From contig CAXXJS010000030.1 in assembly GCA_963662665.2 (NCBI GenBank), positions 64,001 to 128,000 on the forward strand: a stretch of DNA of 64,000 bases, given 5' to 3'. Both the position numbers and the translations under genes were made by a program. The notes beneath the pieces are model-generated. The model searched no databases. It saw nothing but the letters and a program-made list of their open reading frames with translations, and was not told the origin of the DNA. Positions within the stretch are counted from its first letter, which is position 1. The number at the start of each line of letters is the position of its first letter. Below are positions 48,042-57,222 of this stretch, one piece after another. The stretch is from Candidatus Latescibacterota bacterium (GTDB lineage: Bacteria > Latescibacterota > UBA2968 > GCA-2709665).

Positions 48042-48387
48042 TAAGTTGGTTTTCCGACTCCACGAGGGAATCGATCAGCGTCTGCACACTCTGCCGTTTT
48101 TCCAGAAAACGCACAAATCGACCATATTCCACGCCCGTGAAGATAAGGGTGACAAAGGGTGAAAGAAAAGTCAAAAACTGACTGCCTATGAAGTTGAAGG
48201 GACGGCTGGCTTCCAGCACCATCAACGCAGGCGTGGTCATTTGCCTGCGTACCACGAATTCCGCCATTTTCGTCGCGAGAGCCCTCTCTTCCCGCGTGAT
48301 GCGATCTTCCGGCGGATTGACGGCGAACGCGTGTTCGCACCAGGCTCTAAGACGCTGCATCCGTGAGTCGGGTCCGGACATAGGCAA
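48034..48387 (-). CDS. Small hypothetical protein
   Basis: 117 aa; VVRRQMTTPALMVLEASRPFNFIGSQ; overlaps both neighbours. Confidence 0.7.
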   Translation of the reverse strand: MPMSGPDSRMQRLRAWCEHAFAVNPPEDRITREERALATKMAEFVVRRQMTTPALMVLEASRPFNFIGSQFLTFLSPFVTLIFTGVEYGRFVRFLEKRQSVQTLIDSLVESENQLNG

Positions 48388-48787
48388 TGACCTCGTCCCG
48401 ATTGTCGTGAAGGCGCAAAAAACAGCCGCGAAACGGATCGAGCCGGTGCGGGCTGGCGAATGGGCTCAGGAAGACGCCGTCGGGGGCGACGGTATGACGT
48501 CGAATCCGGCTCCAGGGAATTCTCCGTCGCGTGCCTGCGTGTGCAATCAGGATATGACTCTCCTGAAGCGCGTATCGCGTGGGGAGGAAGTAGCGGGACA
48601 TCGAGGCCGTGAGCAACACCGCAGACATGAAACCGAATGCCGGCGCTTCGAATGCGATGGCAACGAGAATCGAGAGCCCAAGCACACTGAGGATGAGCAG
48701 GACCGTTTTCACCGGCGGTTCATGCAGGAGAGGATGGACGGTCCAGCGGAGTTCGGAGGTCGTTCGGGGCGTCCCGGGCTTGTCCAT
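48347..48787 (-). CDS. Hypothetical membrane protein (2 TM plus PH-like domain)
   Basis: WTVHPL, two TM segments, YFLPTRY, GVFLSPF...RLDPFRG. Confidence 0.7.
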   Translation of the reverse strand: MDKPGTPRTTSELRWTVHPLLHEPPVKTVLLILSVLGLSILVAIAFEAPAFGFMSAVLLTASMSRYFLPTRYALQESHILIAHAGTRRRIPWSRIRRHTVAPDGVFLSPFASPHRLDPFRGCFLRLHDNRDEVIAYVRTRLTDAAS

Positions 48788-48868
48788 GCGTTTGGTGAAT
48801 CGACGGCGTGGCAACGTGGGGAAGGCTTGCGGGACCTGCGCTCGCCGGTGGAAATGCGGGGTCGGCGT

Positions 48869-49777
48869 TCAGATGATGCGTCGGACAACCCGGGGTTTCT
48901 GCGGCCGGTCTCCAAAGTTCCAGGCGTCCGTACCGTATTTTGTCGCAATGAGGCGTTCGACGTCGGCCCTCTCGTCCGGAGTCAACGGCGCTTCTACCAT
49001 TGCTATATCGAGGGTTTTCTCAAAACCACCCCGGAGGGCGTGCGCAACCGTGTCGAAATCAGCGGGTCGACCTGCCTCCGTCAGGGAGATGGTGTGGCGG
49101 TCCAATTCCCGTCGAAAGCGCTCTTTCAGCGCCTTTCCCCTGTCAGGCATAAGATCGATCAGGCGTTTGTGTTCCGGGCCCAGAAGGAGCGAGCCGTGTT
49201 GAAGCAGCACGTCGCCGATGCGACGTTGGGCGCTTCCGATGATTTTCCTGCCGCCCAGCGTCACCTCGTACTGCGTGGTGCTCGAAAAACAGGGCGACGT
49301 CAGACCCTCGCCGCGCGGCGACGAAACAGGAGTGCGGCGAGGCTCGAACTCTACGTCCACGTCGAGCAGTCGAAGGCCCGCAACGAGGCATGCGCTGATG
49401 TTCCTGTAGGACGCCTGTATCGACCCGCCCAGCAGGGGGTCGTCGGCCCGGCACAGGACGCTGTAGGTCAGTTCGTTCCAGTGGAGAACGGCGCGTCCGC
49501 CGCTCGGCCGGCGGACAAGGTGAATACCGCGCTCCCGGCATCGACCCGCGTCGACCTCACGGCCGATCCTCTGGGCATAGCCGAAAGAGACGGCCGGCGG
49601 CGTCCAGCCGAAAGTTCGGACCGTGGGCGGTGCGGTCTCTTTCTCAACGCCGCGGACGACGGCTTCGTCCACGGCCATATTAGAAAAAGCGTTTCCTGAC
49701 CGGGTGTTCAGGAAACGCCATTTACGCGATCTAGTGTCCTGTCCCAAAAATACCTCACCATTCTTCCGACGATTCAT
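48869..49777 (-). CDS. Lipoate-protein ligase A / LipM-like octanoyltransferase
   Basis: NMAVDEA, VRRPSGGRAVLH, ELTYS, RKIIGSAQRR, QHGS. Confidence 0.9.
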   Translation of the reverse strand: MNRRKNGEVFLGQDTRSRKWRFLNTRSGNAFSNMAVDEAVVRGVEKETAPPTVRTFGWTPPAVSFGYAQRIGREVDAGRCRERGIHLVRRPSGGRAVLHWNELTYSVLCRADDPLLGGSIQASYRNISACLVAGLRLLDVDVEFEPRRTPVSSPRGEGLTSPCFSSTTQYEVTLGGRKIIGSAQRRIGDVLLQHGSLLLGPEHKRLIDLMPDRGKALKERFRRELDRHTISLTEAGRPADFDTVAHALRGGFEKTLDIAMVEAPLTPDERADVERLIATKYGTDAWNFGDRPQKPRVVRRII

Positions 49778-49912
49778 CCCGTCTCGCTACGTTGCCATCG
49801 CTCGCCGACCTTGCCCAGGTCGCCTGCGCTCTGGCGCCTTGCGAGCCGGGCGACTCGACGGCCGAATTCAGGCAACTTATTTCCGGGACAGAACACTCGT
49901 TGCCTGCATGGT

Positions 49913-50671
49913 TCAGGAAACCCCCAGCTTCTCCAGCGCCTCTTTCGCCGCCATCTGTTGTGCTTCTTTCTTGCTGCGGCCCTTTCCGAAGCCAATGCGT
50001 TCACCGCTGACAAGGACCTCAACACTGAACGTCTTATGGTGATCCGGTCCCTCTTCCGAACTGACCAGGTAGCGAGGATGTCCCCGTCCTTCGCCCTGCG
50101 TATGCTCCAGGAGGGCGCTTTTGAAGTTGAGGTAGCTGTCGTTGGCCACAATCGCCTCGATATTGCAGAGGAGGTGGCGCTGCACGAACGTGGCCGCGGC
50201 CTTGAGGCCGCCGTCGAGGTAAATCGCGCCGAGAATGGCCTCAAAAGCGTCGCCGATAATGGAAGTCCGATCTCGTCCACCGGCCAGATCCTCTTCCTTG
50301 CTGAGCAGCATGTGGTGTCCGAGCCCGATGGCGCGGCCCCTCTGGGCGAGAATGACTTTGCTGACGAGTACCGATTTGATCTGGGTGAGGTCGCCTTCCC
50401 GTTTGCTCTGAAATTTCCTATACAGGTTCTCGGTGACCAGCAGATCCAGTACGGCGTCCCCCAGAAATTCCAGCCGTTCGTTTGAGGCGATACTCGCTTC
50501 GTCCATTGAGTAGGCGTAGGAGCGGTGTTTAATCGCCTGGATCAGGAGTTGGGGATCCGAAAATCTATAGCCGAGTTCTTCCTGAAGTCGTTCCGGCGAA
50601 AACACTTCCCGGTCGCTCGCGAGCCAGCGTGAGACAGCATGTCGTATTCTGACGAGTCCGATCGGATGCAT
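49913..50671 (-). CDS. rnc: Ribonuclease III
   Basis: NERLEFLGDAVL, DAFEAILGAIYLDGG, dsRBD GPDH...SKKEAQQMAA. Confidence 0.97.
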   Translation of the reverse strand: MHPIGLVRIRHAVSRWLASDREVFSPERLQEELGYRFSDPQLLIQAIKHRSYAYSMDEASIASNERLEFLGDAVLDLLVTENLYRKFQSKREGDLTQIKSVLVSKVILAQRGRAIGLGHHMLLSKEEDLAGGRDRTSIIGDAFEAILGAIYLDGGLKAAATFVQRHLLCNIEAIVANDSYLNFKSALLEHTQGEGRGHPRYLVSSEEGPDHHKTFSVEVLVSGERIGFGKGRSKKEAQQMAAKEALEKLGVS

Positions 50672-50735
50672 CCTCCCGATTTGGCGCCTGTACGGGACCG
50701 CAAAACAGCAAGAAAAACCCGGTCTCGTTTGTGTT

Positions 50736-51989
50736 TTACCGGCCGTCGTATTTTTGCAGGGCGAGGACCGCGTTGTGCCCGCCGAATCCGAAGGAGTTGT
50801 TCATCGCCACCCTCACAGGCATTTCACGGGCCGCGTTGGGCACGTAGTCGAGGTCGCACTCCGGGTCCGGATGTTCATAATTGATGGTAGGAGGTACCCG
50901 GCCGTGATGGATGGCCAAGAGGCAGGCTATACTTTCAATTGCGCCGGAGGCGCCCAGCAGGTGGCCGGTCATGGATTTGGTGGAACTGACCGCGGCGTGT
51001 TTCGCGTGATCTCCCAGGACGGATTTTATGGCCGCGGTTTCGGTCCGGTCGCCAATCGGCGTTGAGGTACCGTGGGCATTGATATAGTCCACGTCCTCGG
51101 GGTTCAGGCCGGCCTGGTTCAGGGCGATTCTCATGGCGCGGGCGCCGCCCTCGCCGCCCGGGGCCATGTCGGTGACGTGATAAGCGTCGGCAGTGAACCC
51201 CACCCCCGAGATTTCGGCGTAAATTCGTGCGCCCCTCCGACGGGCGTGTTCCAGTTCTTCCAGTATAAGTGCGCCCGAGCCCTCACCGAGCACGAATCCG
51301 TCGCGTTCGACGTCGAACGGGCGACTGGCCCGCTGCGGGTCCTCGTTACGCGTGGACAGCGCCTTCATGGAAGCGAAGCCCCCCAACGACATCGCGCTCA
51401 CGGCCGCTTCGGCGCCGCCGGTGACCATGACATCGGCTTCGTTGTGCCGGATTTCCCGAAAGGCGCTTCCGATAGCGTGCGCTGCCGAGGAGCAGGCGGA
51501 CACGGTGGTGTAGTTCGGTCCCCGGGCGCCGAGCAGGATGGAAACCTGTCCCGACGTCATGTCCGGAATCATCATGGGGATGAAGAAGGGGCTGATCCGC
51601 CGGGCGCCTTTCTGCATGAGGACGGTGTGCTGCTCTTCAAAGGTCCAGATGCCGCCGATGCCCGAGCCGAAAACCACGCCCATCCGGTCGGGGTTCCCCG
51701 CGTCCACGTCCAGTTCCGCGTCCGTTACGGCCATCTGCGCGCAGCAGATTGCATACTGGGTGCACAGATCGTTGCGCCTCGCCAGCCTGCGGTCGAGACC
51801 GAATCGTTCCGCGTCGAAGCCCTTCAGTTCGGCTCCAAACGTGACCCGGAAACCCGTGGGATCGAATCGTCTGATGCGATCGACCCCGCTTTCTCCGTTG
51901 AGCAGCGCATCCCAGTAAGCGTCGGTATTCAATCCATTGGGAGCGAGGACGCCGAGGCCCGTAACCACAACCCTTCGGTTTCCGTTCAA
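50736..51989 (-). CDS. fabF: 3-oxoacyl-ACP synthase II
   Basis: RRVVVTGLG, SACSS, NAHGTST, KSMTGHLLGA, NSFGFGG. Confidence 0.97.
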   Translation of the reverse strand: MNGNRRVVVTGLGVLAPNGLNTDAYWDALLNGESGVDRIRRFDPTGFRVTFGAELKGFDAERFGLDRRLARRNDLCTQYAICCAQMAVTDAELDVDAGNPDRMGVVFGSGIGGIWTFEEQHTVLMQKGARRISPFFIPMMIPDMTSGQVSILLGARGPNYTTVSACSSAAHAIGSAFREIRHNEADVMVTGGAEAAVSAMSLGGFASMKALSTRNEDPQRASRPFDVERDGFVLGEGSGALILEELEHARRRGARIYAEISGVGFTADAYHVTDMAPGGEGGARAMRIALNQAGLNPEDVDYINAHGTSTPIGDRTETAAIKSVLGDHAKHAAVSSTKSMTGHLLGASGAIESIACLLAIHHGRVPPTINYEHPDPECDLDYVPNAAREMPVRVAMNNSFGFGGHNAVLALQKYDGR

Positions 51990-52060
51990 AGGTACCTTCC
52001 CCCGGGTTTATTTTTTGCTGCGCCGCCGCGATGCGGCGCTGGGGTTATCCGAGCGGCAGG

Positions 52061-52303
52061 CTATTCATTCAGACGTTGTTTGAGATAGTCCGTGACGTCA
52101 CTGACGGTTTCCAGCTTTTCGGCGTCTTCGTCGGGAACTTCCATATCGAATTCCTCTTCGAAGGCCATCACGAGTTCAACCGTGTCAAGCGAATCGGCAC
52201 CGAGGTCATCGATAAAATGGGCTTGCGGGGTGACGCTGTCAGCGTCCACACCCAACTGATCTACGATGAGATCGACGACTTTCTGCTGGATATTCTCAGC
52301 CAT
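52061..52303 (-). CDS. acpP: Acyl carrier protein
   Basis: [20 protein letters not shown]. Confidence 0.98.
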   Translation of the reverse strand: MAENIQQKVVDLIVDQLGVDADSVTPQAHFIDDLGADSLDTVELVMAFEEEFDMEVPDEDAEKLETVSDVTDYLKQRLNE

Positions 52304-52389
52304 GGCAACTATCTCCCTGTTTTATGGCGAACGGTGGGTCCCCACGTGCGAATGGGCGCGACCCACGTTCACGTCTGTCGCAAGACGGT

Positions 52390-53136
52390 TCACATTACCA
52401 TCCCGCCGTCCACAACCAGGACCTGCCCGGTGATATAGGCAGCGTCGGTCGAGGCCAGGAACGCGACCGCTGCCGCGATATCTTCGGGTTTTCCAGGCGC
52501 GCCCAGCGGAACCTGTTGAAGTATCTTCTGTTTAAGGTTTTCCGGAAGGTTTTCCGTCATTTCGGTGGGTATATACCCTGGCGCGACCACGTTGGCGGTG
52601 ATACCCCTGCCGGCCAGTTCTTTGGCGGCGGTCTTGGTAAGGCCGATGAGCCCGGACTTCGCCGCGGTGTATCCGGCCTGTCCGGGGTTTCCCATCAGGC
52701 CTGTTACGGATGAAATATTGATGATCCGCCCGGTACGCGCCCTGATCATTGGCCGCACAGCCGCCTGCATGCACAGAAACGCGCCCTTCAGATTGACGTT
52801 GAGGACGGCGTCCCAGTCGTCGGGCTTAAGGCGCATGAGCAGTCCGTCGCGGGTAATACCGGCGTTGTTGACCAGAACGTCCAGCCCGCCCCAGCGGTCC
52901 AGAACGGTTTTGAAAAGGTCTTTGACGTCGGCCTCGCTCGAAACGTCGGCCTGGAGGGCAACCGCGCTGCCGCCGTTGCTTTCAATGGCTTCGGCGACCG
53001 CCTCTGCACGGTCGAGGCTACGACTGGCGCACACCGCCACCTTCGCGCCTTCTTCCGCCAGGCGGTAGGCGATGGCCTCGCCAATGCCGCGGGATCCACC
53101 CGTGACGATCGCGGTCCTGTCCTTGAGGCGATTCAT
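52390..53136 (-). CDS. fabG: 3-oxoacyl-ACP reductase
   Basis: TGGSRGIG, NNAGITRD, YTAAK, VDGGM; ATGA overlap with fabD. Confidence 0.96.
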   Translation of the reverse strand: MNRLKDRTAIVTGGSRGIGEAIAYRLAEEGAKVAVCASRSLDRAEAVAEAIESNGGSAVALQADVSSEADVKDLFKTVLDRWGGLDVLVNNAGITRDGLLMRLKPDDWDAVLNVNLKGAFLCMQAAVRPMIRARTGRIINISSVTGLMGNPGQAGYTAAKSGLIGLTKTAAKELAGRGITANVVAPGYIPTEMTENLPENLKQKILQQVPLGAPGKPEDIAAAVAFLASTDAAYITGQVLVVDGGMVM

Positions 53137-54047
53137 ACCGTAAGACTTTCCAGGTCGTCGAGGGTTCCTGCCGACGAGACGGCGACGCGCCTTTCGATTC
53201 TTCGCATCAGTGCTTTCAACGTATTTCCCGGACCGGCTTCGATTGCGCGGTCCACGCCTTCGGAAACAAGCCGCGCCATCGAATCCGTCCATCGAACGGG
53301 CGAGACGACCTGTTTGATAAGAAGATCCTTGAGCAGGTCCGGATCGGTCGTGGGTTCGGCCGTTGTGTTCGGCACCACCGGAACGCGAGCCGGCGAGAAG
53401 GGCACATTTACAAGGGCCCCCGCTAACGTGCCCAGCGCGGTTTGCATGAGACCGGAGTGAAAGGCGCCGCTGACCTGGAGCTCCAGAACCCTCCTGGCGC
53501 CTTCATCCGATGCCTTGCGCATGGCCCGTTTCACGGCGGTGGGCTCGCCCGAAATGACGACCTGCCCCGGGCAGTTGAAATTGGCGGGCACGACGTTGGG
53601 TCCGAGCGACTCGCAGAGTTTTACGACCTCGCTGTCGCTCAGGCCGATGATGGCCGCCATAGTACCCGGGTGCATCTTCCCCGCGGCGTGCATCGCCCGT
53701 CCCCGGATCCCCACGATCCGGACGCCGTCTGCCAGAGACATCACCCCGGCGGCGACAAGCGCCGCGAGTTCGCCCACGCTGTGTCCGGCCACGAAATCGG
53801 GGTGGATGCCCCTGTCTTTGAGGATCTCGAATACCGAGATGCTGTGCGCGAAGATGGCCGGTTGCGTGATGGCCGTTTGCTTCAGGGACTCTTCCGGGCC
53901 GTCGAAACAGAATGTCTTCAGGCCGGTCTCGGAAATCCGGTCGGTCAGATTGAATACGTACTGGGCGATCGGGGAGGAGCTGTAAAGATCGCTGGCCATC
54001 CCCACGTATTGTGCGCCCTGGCCGGGGAACAAAAAGGCTAAGGACAT
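53133..54047 (-). CDS. fabD: Malonyl-CoA:ACP transacylase
   Basis: FPGQGAQ, GHSVGE, VSGAFHS, SPVRW. Confidence 0.97.
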   Translation of the reverse strand: MSLAFLFPGQGAQYVGMASDLYSSSPIAQYVFNLTDRISETGLKTFCFDGPEESLKQTAITQPAIFAHSISVFEILKDRGIHPDFVAGHSVGELAALVAAGVMSLADGVRIVGIRGRAMHAAGKMHPGTMAAIIGLSDSEVVKLCESLGPNVVPANFNCPGQVVISGEPTAVKRAMRKASDEGARRVLELQVSGAFHSGLMQTALGTLAGALVNVPFSPARVPVVPNTTAEPTTDPDLLKDLLIKQVVSPVRWTDSMARLVSEGVDRAIEAGPGNTLKALMRRIERRVAVSSAGTLDDLESLTV

Positions 54048-54105
54048 AGGTGTCCACGAACGTGATTGTTTGTGGATTCCGGCGACCGGCGCCGGAAGGA
54101 CAGTT

Positions 54106-55107
54106 TCAGTACGCCCATTTCAGAAGGGCGCTTCCCCAGGTGTAACCCGCCCCCGCGCTGGCCACTACGATGTAATCGTCCCGTTTGACGCGGTTTTGTT
54201 CGACCGCTTCGGAAAGTGCGATGGGGATTGTCCCGCAGGTCGTGTTCGCGTATCGATCGATGTTGATCAGCACACGTTCCGGCGCCAGCTTCATTCTGCG
54301 AGCCGTGGCGTCGATGATGCGTTTATTCGCCTGGTGAGGCACAAGCAGGGTGATATCGTCGCCGCAAAGCCCGTTGCGTTCCAGCAGGTCGGCCGACACC
54401 GCGGCCATGCTGCTGCTGGCGAACTTGAGGACACGGGCGCCGTCCTGGTGGACGTAGTGCATTTTCTTGTCTACGGTTTCGTGGCTGGCCGGATGCAGGC
54501 TGCCGCCGGCCGGCTGACAGAGGTACTGGCCGCCCGATCCGTCCACCTTCAGGATAAAATCCTGGATGCCGGCCCCCGAATCATCGGGTTCCAGAAGGAC
54601 GGCCCCCGCGCCGTCTCCGAACAGGACGCAGGTATCCCGGTTGGTATAATCGACGACGGAACTCATTTTGTCTGAGCCGATGACCACCACTTTCCCGTGG
54701 GCTCCGCTCTCGACAAACTGGGCGCCAACGACCAGGGCGTACAGGAAACCGCAACAGGCGGCGGAAAGGTCGAACCCCCAGGCATTACCAGCCCCCACGT
54801 TGTGCTGCACGAGGCACGCCGTGGCGGGGTACATCATGTCAGGCGTTACGGTTGCGACAATTATCAGGTCGATTTCGCCGGCATCAAGGCCTTTTTGTTC
54901 AAGCAGGCACTGCATCGCCCGGGTGGCCATGTGGGAGGCACCCAGGCCGTCCTCCAGGATACGTCGTTCTACAATACCCGTTCGCGATCGAATCCAGTCG
55001 TCCGATGTATCCACCATCTGTTCCAGGTCGGCATTCGTCAGCCGGCGTTCGGGGAGAAAACGGGAGACGCCGGTGACGGAAGCATTGACTTTTTTATTCA
55101 TAGGCAA
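54106..55107 (-). CDS. fabH: 3-oxoacyl-ACP synthase III
   Basis: WIRSRTGI, AACCGF, FGDGAGA, PHQANKRI, YANT. Confidence 0.96.
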   Translation of the reverse strand: MPMNKKVNASVTGVSRFLPERRLTNADLEQMVDTSDDWIRSRTGIVERRILEDGLGASHMATRAMQCLLEQKGLDAGEIDLIIVATVTPDMMYPATACLVQHNVGAGNAWGFDLSAACCGFLYALVVGAQFVESGAHGKVVVIGSDKMSSVVDYTNRDTCVLFGDGAGAVLLEPDDSGAGIQDFILKVDGSGGQYLCQPAGGSLHPASHETVDKKMHYVHQDGARVLKFASSSMAAVSADLLERNGLCGDDITLLVPHQANKRIIDATARRMKLAPERVLINIDRYANTTCGTIPIALSEAVEQNRVKRDDYIVVASAGAGYTWGSALLKWAY

Positions 55108-55157
55108 GGGTAGCGATTCAGGGATAAACTAACGGGTTGCACCACCGGGTCGGGGGA

Positions 55158-55340
55158 TCAGACGCTTTCGCCTTCTGTCACTTCGCGGCCGTTGTATTGC
55201 CCGCAGTTGGCGCAGACCCGGTGCGGTCTGCGCGGCTGGCCGCAGTTTGGACAGTCGGAGAAAGCGGGTCTTGAAAGCTTCCAGTGGGTCCGCCGCTTGT
55301 TCCTTCTGGAATTGGAACTTCTGCGTTTCGGGTGTGCCAT
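55158..55340 (-). CDS. rpmF: 50S ribosomal protein L32
   Basis: MAHPKRR...[18 protein letters not shown]. Confidence 0.97.
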   Translation of the reverse strand: MAHPKRRSSNSRRNKRRTHWKLSRPAFSDCPNCGQPRRPHRVCANCGQYNGREVTEGESV

Positions 55341-55354
55341 TTATTCATGCTCCT

Positions 55355-55867
55355 TCAGGATTGATCTTTGAGGGCCCTCAGGGCTTCCCAGCGGGGGTCT
55401 GTTTGTGTTGACGTACAGTCGCACTGCGTCTGGTTCAGGTTCTCCCCGCACGTTGGACAAAGACCTTCGCAGGACGCTTTGCACAGGGGATTCAGCGGCA
55501 ATTCAAGCAGAATATAGTCCTTGATTTCCGCACCCAGATCCACCTTGTCTCCGGACTCGTCCAGCCAGATCAGCGTTTCGTCTTCATCGTCCTGCATGGA
55601 TTCAGGACGATTCTTCTGGAAGACGAACCTGAAATCGGACGAGAGGGAAAACGAGACGGGTTCCAGGCATCGCACGCACTCGAGCTTGAGGTCGGCGTGT
55701 GTCTCTCCGCTTGCCGAAATGGATTCGCCTAACTTGACGAACTCGATCCGCGTTTTGATAGGACCCACGAATTGCAGATCCTCGTCCTGGATGTACAACT
55801 CTTCGGGGGCTTCTTCCCAGTCCAGACTGACCGTACCCTGGTCGAGTTCGTTGAGTTTGACGATCAT
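55355..55867 (-). CDS. yceD: DUF177/YceD family protein
   Basis: CVRCL, PLCKASCEGLCPTCG, DPRWEAL; upstream of rpmF. Confidence 0.9.
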   Translation of the reverse strand: MIVKLNELDQGTVSLDWEEAPEELYIQDEDLQFVGPIKTRIEFVKLGESISASGETHADLKLECVRCLEPVSFSLSSDFRFVFQKNRPESMQDDEDETLIWLDESGDKVDLGAEIKDYILLELPLNPLCKASCEGLCPTCGENLNQTQCDCTSTQTDPRWEALRALKDQS

Positions 55868-55882
55868 CCTGGCGTGTCCGTT

Positions 55883-56293
55883 TTAAACGCGTTCACCGAA
55901 GAAAAAGGCGATTTCCCCGGCCGCGGCCTCGGGTGAGTCCGATGCGTGTACGGCGTTGCGCTGTACGTTCGTCCCGAAATCCCTGCGAATGGTGCCCTCA
56001 GCGGCCTGGGACGAGTCGGTGACGCCCACAACTTCCCGCAGCAACGACACCGCGTTTTCCCGCTCCAGCGCGAGCGGCACCACCGGGCCCGTGGTCATGA
56101 AATCGATCAGCCCGTCGAAAAACGGTCTGCCGTCGTGTTCCGCGTAAAACCGGACCGCGTCCTCCCGCGTGAATCGCGTCATTTTCAGGCGCCTGATCTT
56201 GAACCCTCTGTCTTCCACGCGTTGGATGATGGCGCCAATGGCGTTCCTGGAAACCGCGTCCGGTTTGATTATCAGCAATGTGGTTTCCGTCAT
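55883..56293 (-). CDS. ndk: Nucleoside diphosphate kinase
   Basis: TLLIIKPDAV, FYAEH, GTIRRDF, NAVHASDS. Confidence 0.97.
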   Translation of the reverse strand: MTETTLLIIKPDAVSRNAIGAIIQRVEDRGFKIRRLKMTRFTREDAVRFYAEHDGRPFFDGLIDFMTTGPVVPLALERENAVSLLREVVGVTDSSQAAEGTIRRDFGTNVQRNAVHASDSPEAAAGEIAFFFGERV

Positions 56294-56355
56294 CAACCCC
56301 GCGCTTTCCTTCCGGGTTCGAGAAGTCAAGATTGCGTATCACGCTGAAGATGAAG

Positions 56356-56384
56356 AAGATAGATTTTCTCAATGGATTTGTCAA
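56356..56384 (-). promoter_or_regulatory. Putative sigma70 promoter of the ndk-yceD-rpmF-fab operon
   Basis: Minus strand TTGACA-N17-TATCTT. Confidence 0.6.
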
Positions 56385-56403
56385 TATCAAACTTCGTTTT
56401 TGG

Positions 56404-56450
56404 GCGGTCAGCTATCAGCGGTGAGACGTGAGATGGTAGACGGTAGAAGA
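56404..56450. repeat. Degenerate heptamer tandem array
   Basis: GCGGTCA GCTATCA GCGGTGA GACGTGA GATGGTA GACGGTA. Confidence 0.6.
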
Positions 56451-56729
56451 AATCCTTGCCCAATCTGCTCTTCCTCTATGCCTCCGGTCTGAACCGAAAC
56501 CTCAAAGGGCAGGCAATCTCTCCGGTCTCCCGGCCTTTCGAAAAAGAGCAGGGGAATAGGGGACGTTAAGGGGTGGGGAGAATCCGAGTCGTTCCAAATA
56601 CAAATACCTCCTGGAACACAGTACCATTGGAATAGATGTCCGTCAACAGGCAACCTGTCAGATTCACCAGGCCAAACCGCAACTGGACAATAGCGGGTTG
56701 GACTCTCAAGTTGAAGTCCGCTTCCCGGG

Positions 56730-57074
56730 TCAGGATTTCTTAAGCAGCGTTTTCAGATGGTATCCCGCCACCGCGGCGAGCGCCCCCACAATGCCGCCGA
56801 TCAATGCCGTAAGTGCGACCAGCGCGGAGGGATGCGAAAGGCCGGCGATCCCCGCGATCTTCACGGTGAGGATGCCACCGGATTTCACGTGGATGTAGCC
56901 TGCCGCGGCCAGCCACAGGATTCCCGCGCCCGCGAATCCGGATCCCAGCGCCTTCCAGGAGGAAGGTCCCTTCCAGAATCCTGCCACGAATCCCGCCACG
57001 CCGATTCCCCACCAGGGCAGCGTCAGTCCGGCAATCAGGCCGAATACGAGTACGTATAAAGCGGTTGAGATCAT
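56730..57074 (-). CDS. Small hydrophobic membrane protein
   Basis: 114 aa, LPWW motif, ~4 TM, Gly-rich. Confidence 0.75.
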   Translation of the reverse strand: MISTALYVLVFGLIAGLTLPWWGIGVAGFVAGFWKGPSSWKALGSGFAGAGILWLAAAGYIHVKSGGILTVKIAGIAGLSHPSALVALTALIGGIVGALAAVAGYHLKTLLKKS

Positions 57075-57083
57075 ATAAAGAAA

Positions 57084-57209
57084 GCAGTCAGCAATCAGCT
57101 ATCAGCTCTCAGCCGTCAGCTAAAACAGGTTAGCGATTTAGTATAGCAATACCAATAAGCGATATCCGCGCCGCCGAAGAACCCGTAGGGGCGACCCTTG
57201 TGGTCGCCC
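57084..57209. repeat. Composite repeat copy 1: 5x GCNNTCA heptamer plus GTAG-type REP hairpin
   Basis: Heptamers 57084-57118; GTAGGGGCGACCCTTGTGGTCGCCC 57185-57209. Confidence 0.8.
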
Positions 57210-57222
57210 GCGACCTTGTATC

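Noticed and set aside
52019-52040. Hairpin between acpP and fabF as an intrinsic terminator
   Set aside because: No U-tract follows on the coding (minus) strand; at most a stability/processing hairpin
56408-56653. 81-aa ORF upstream of ndk
   Set aside because: No motif; ends in the heptamer repeat; likely non-coding
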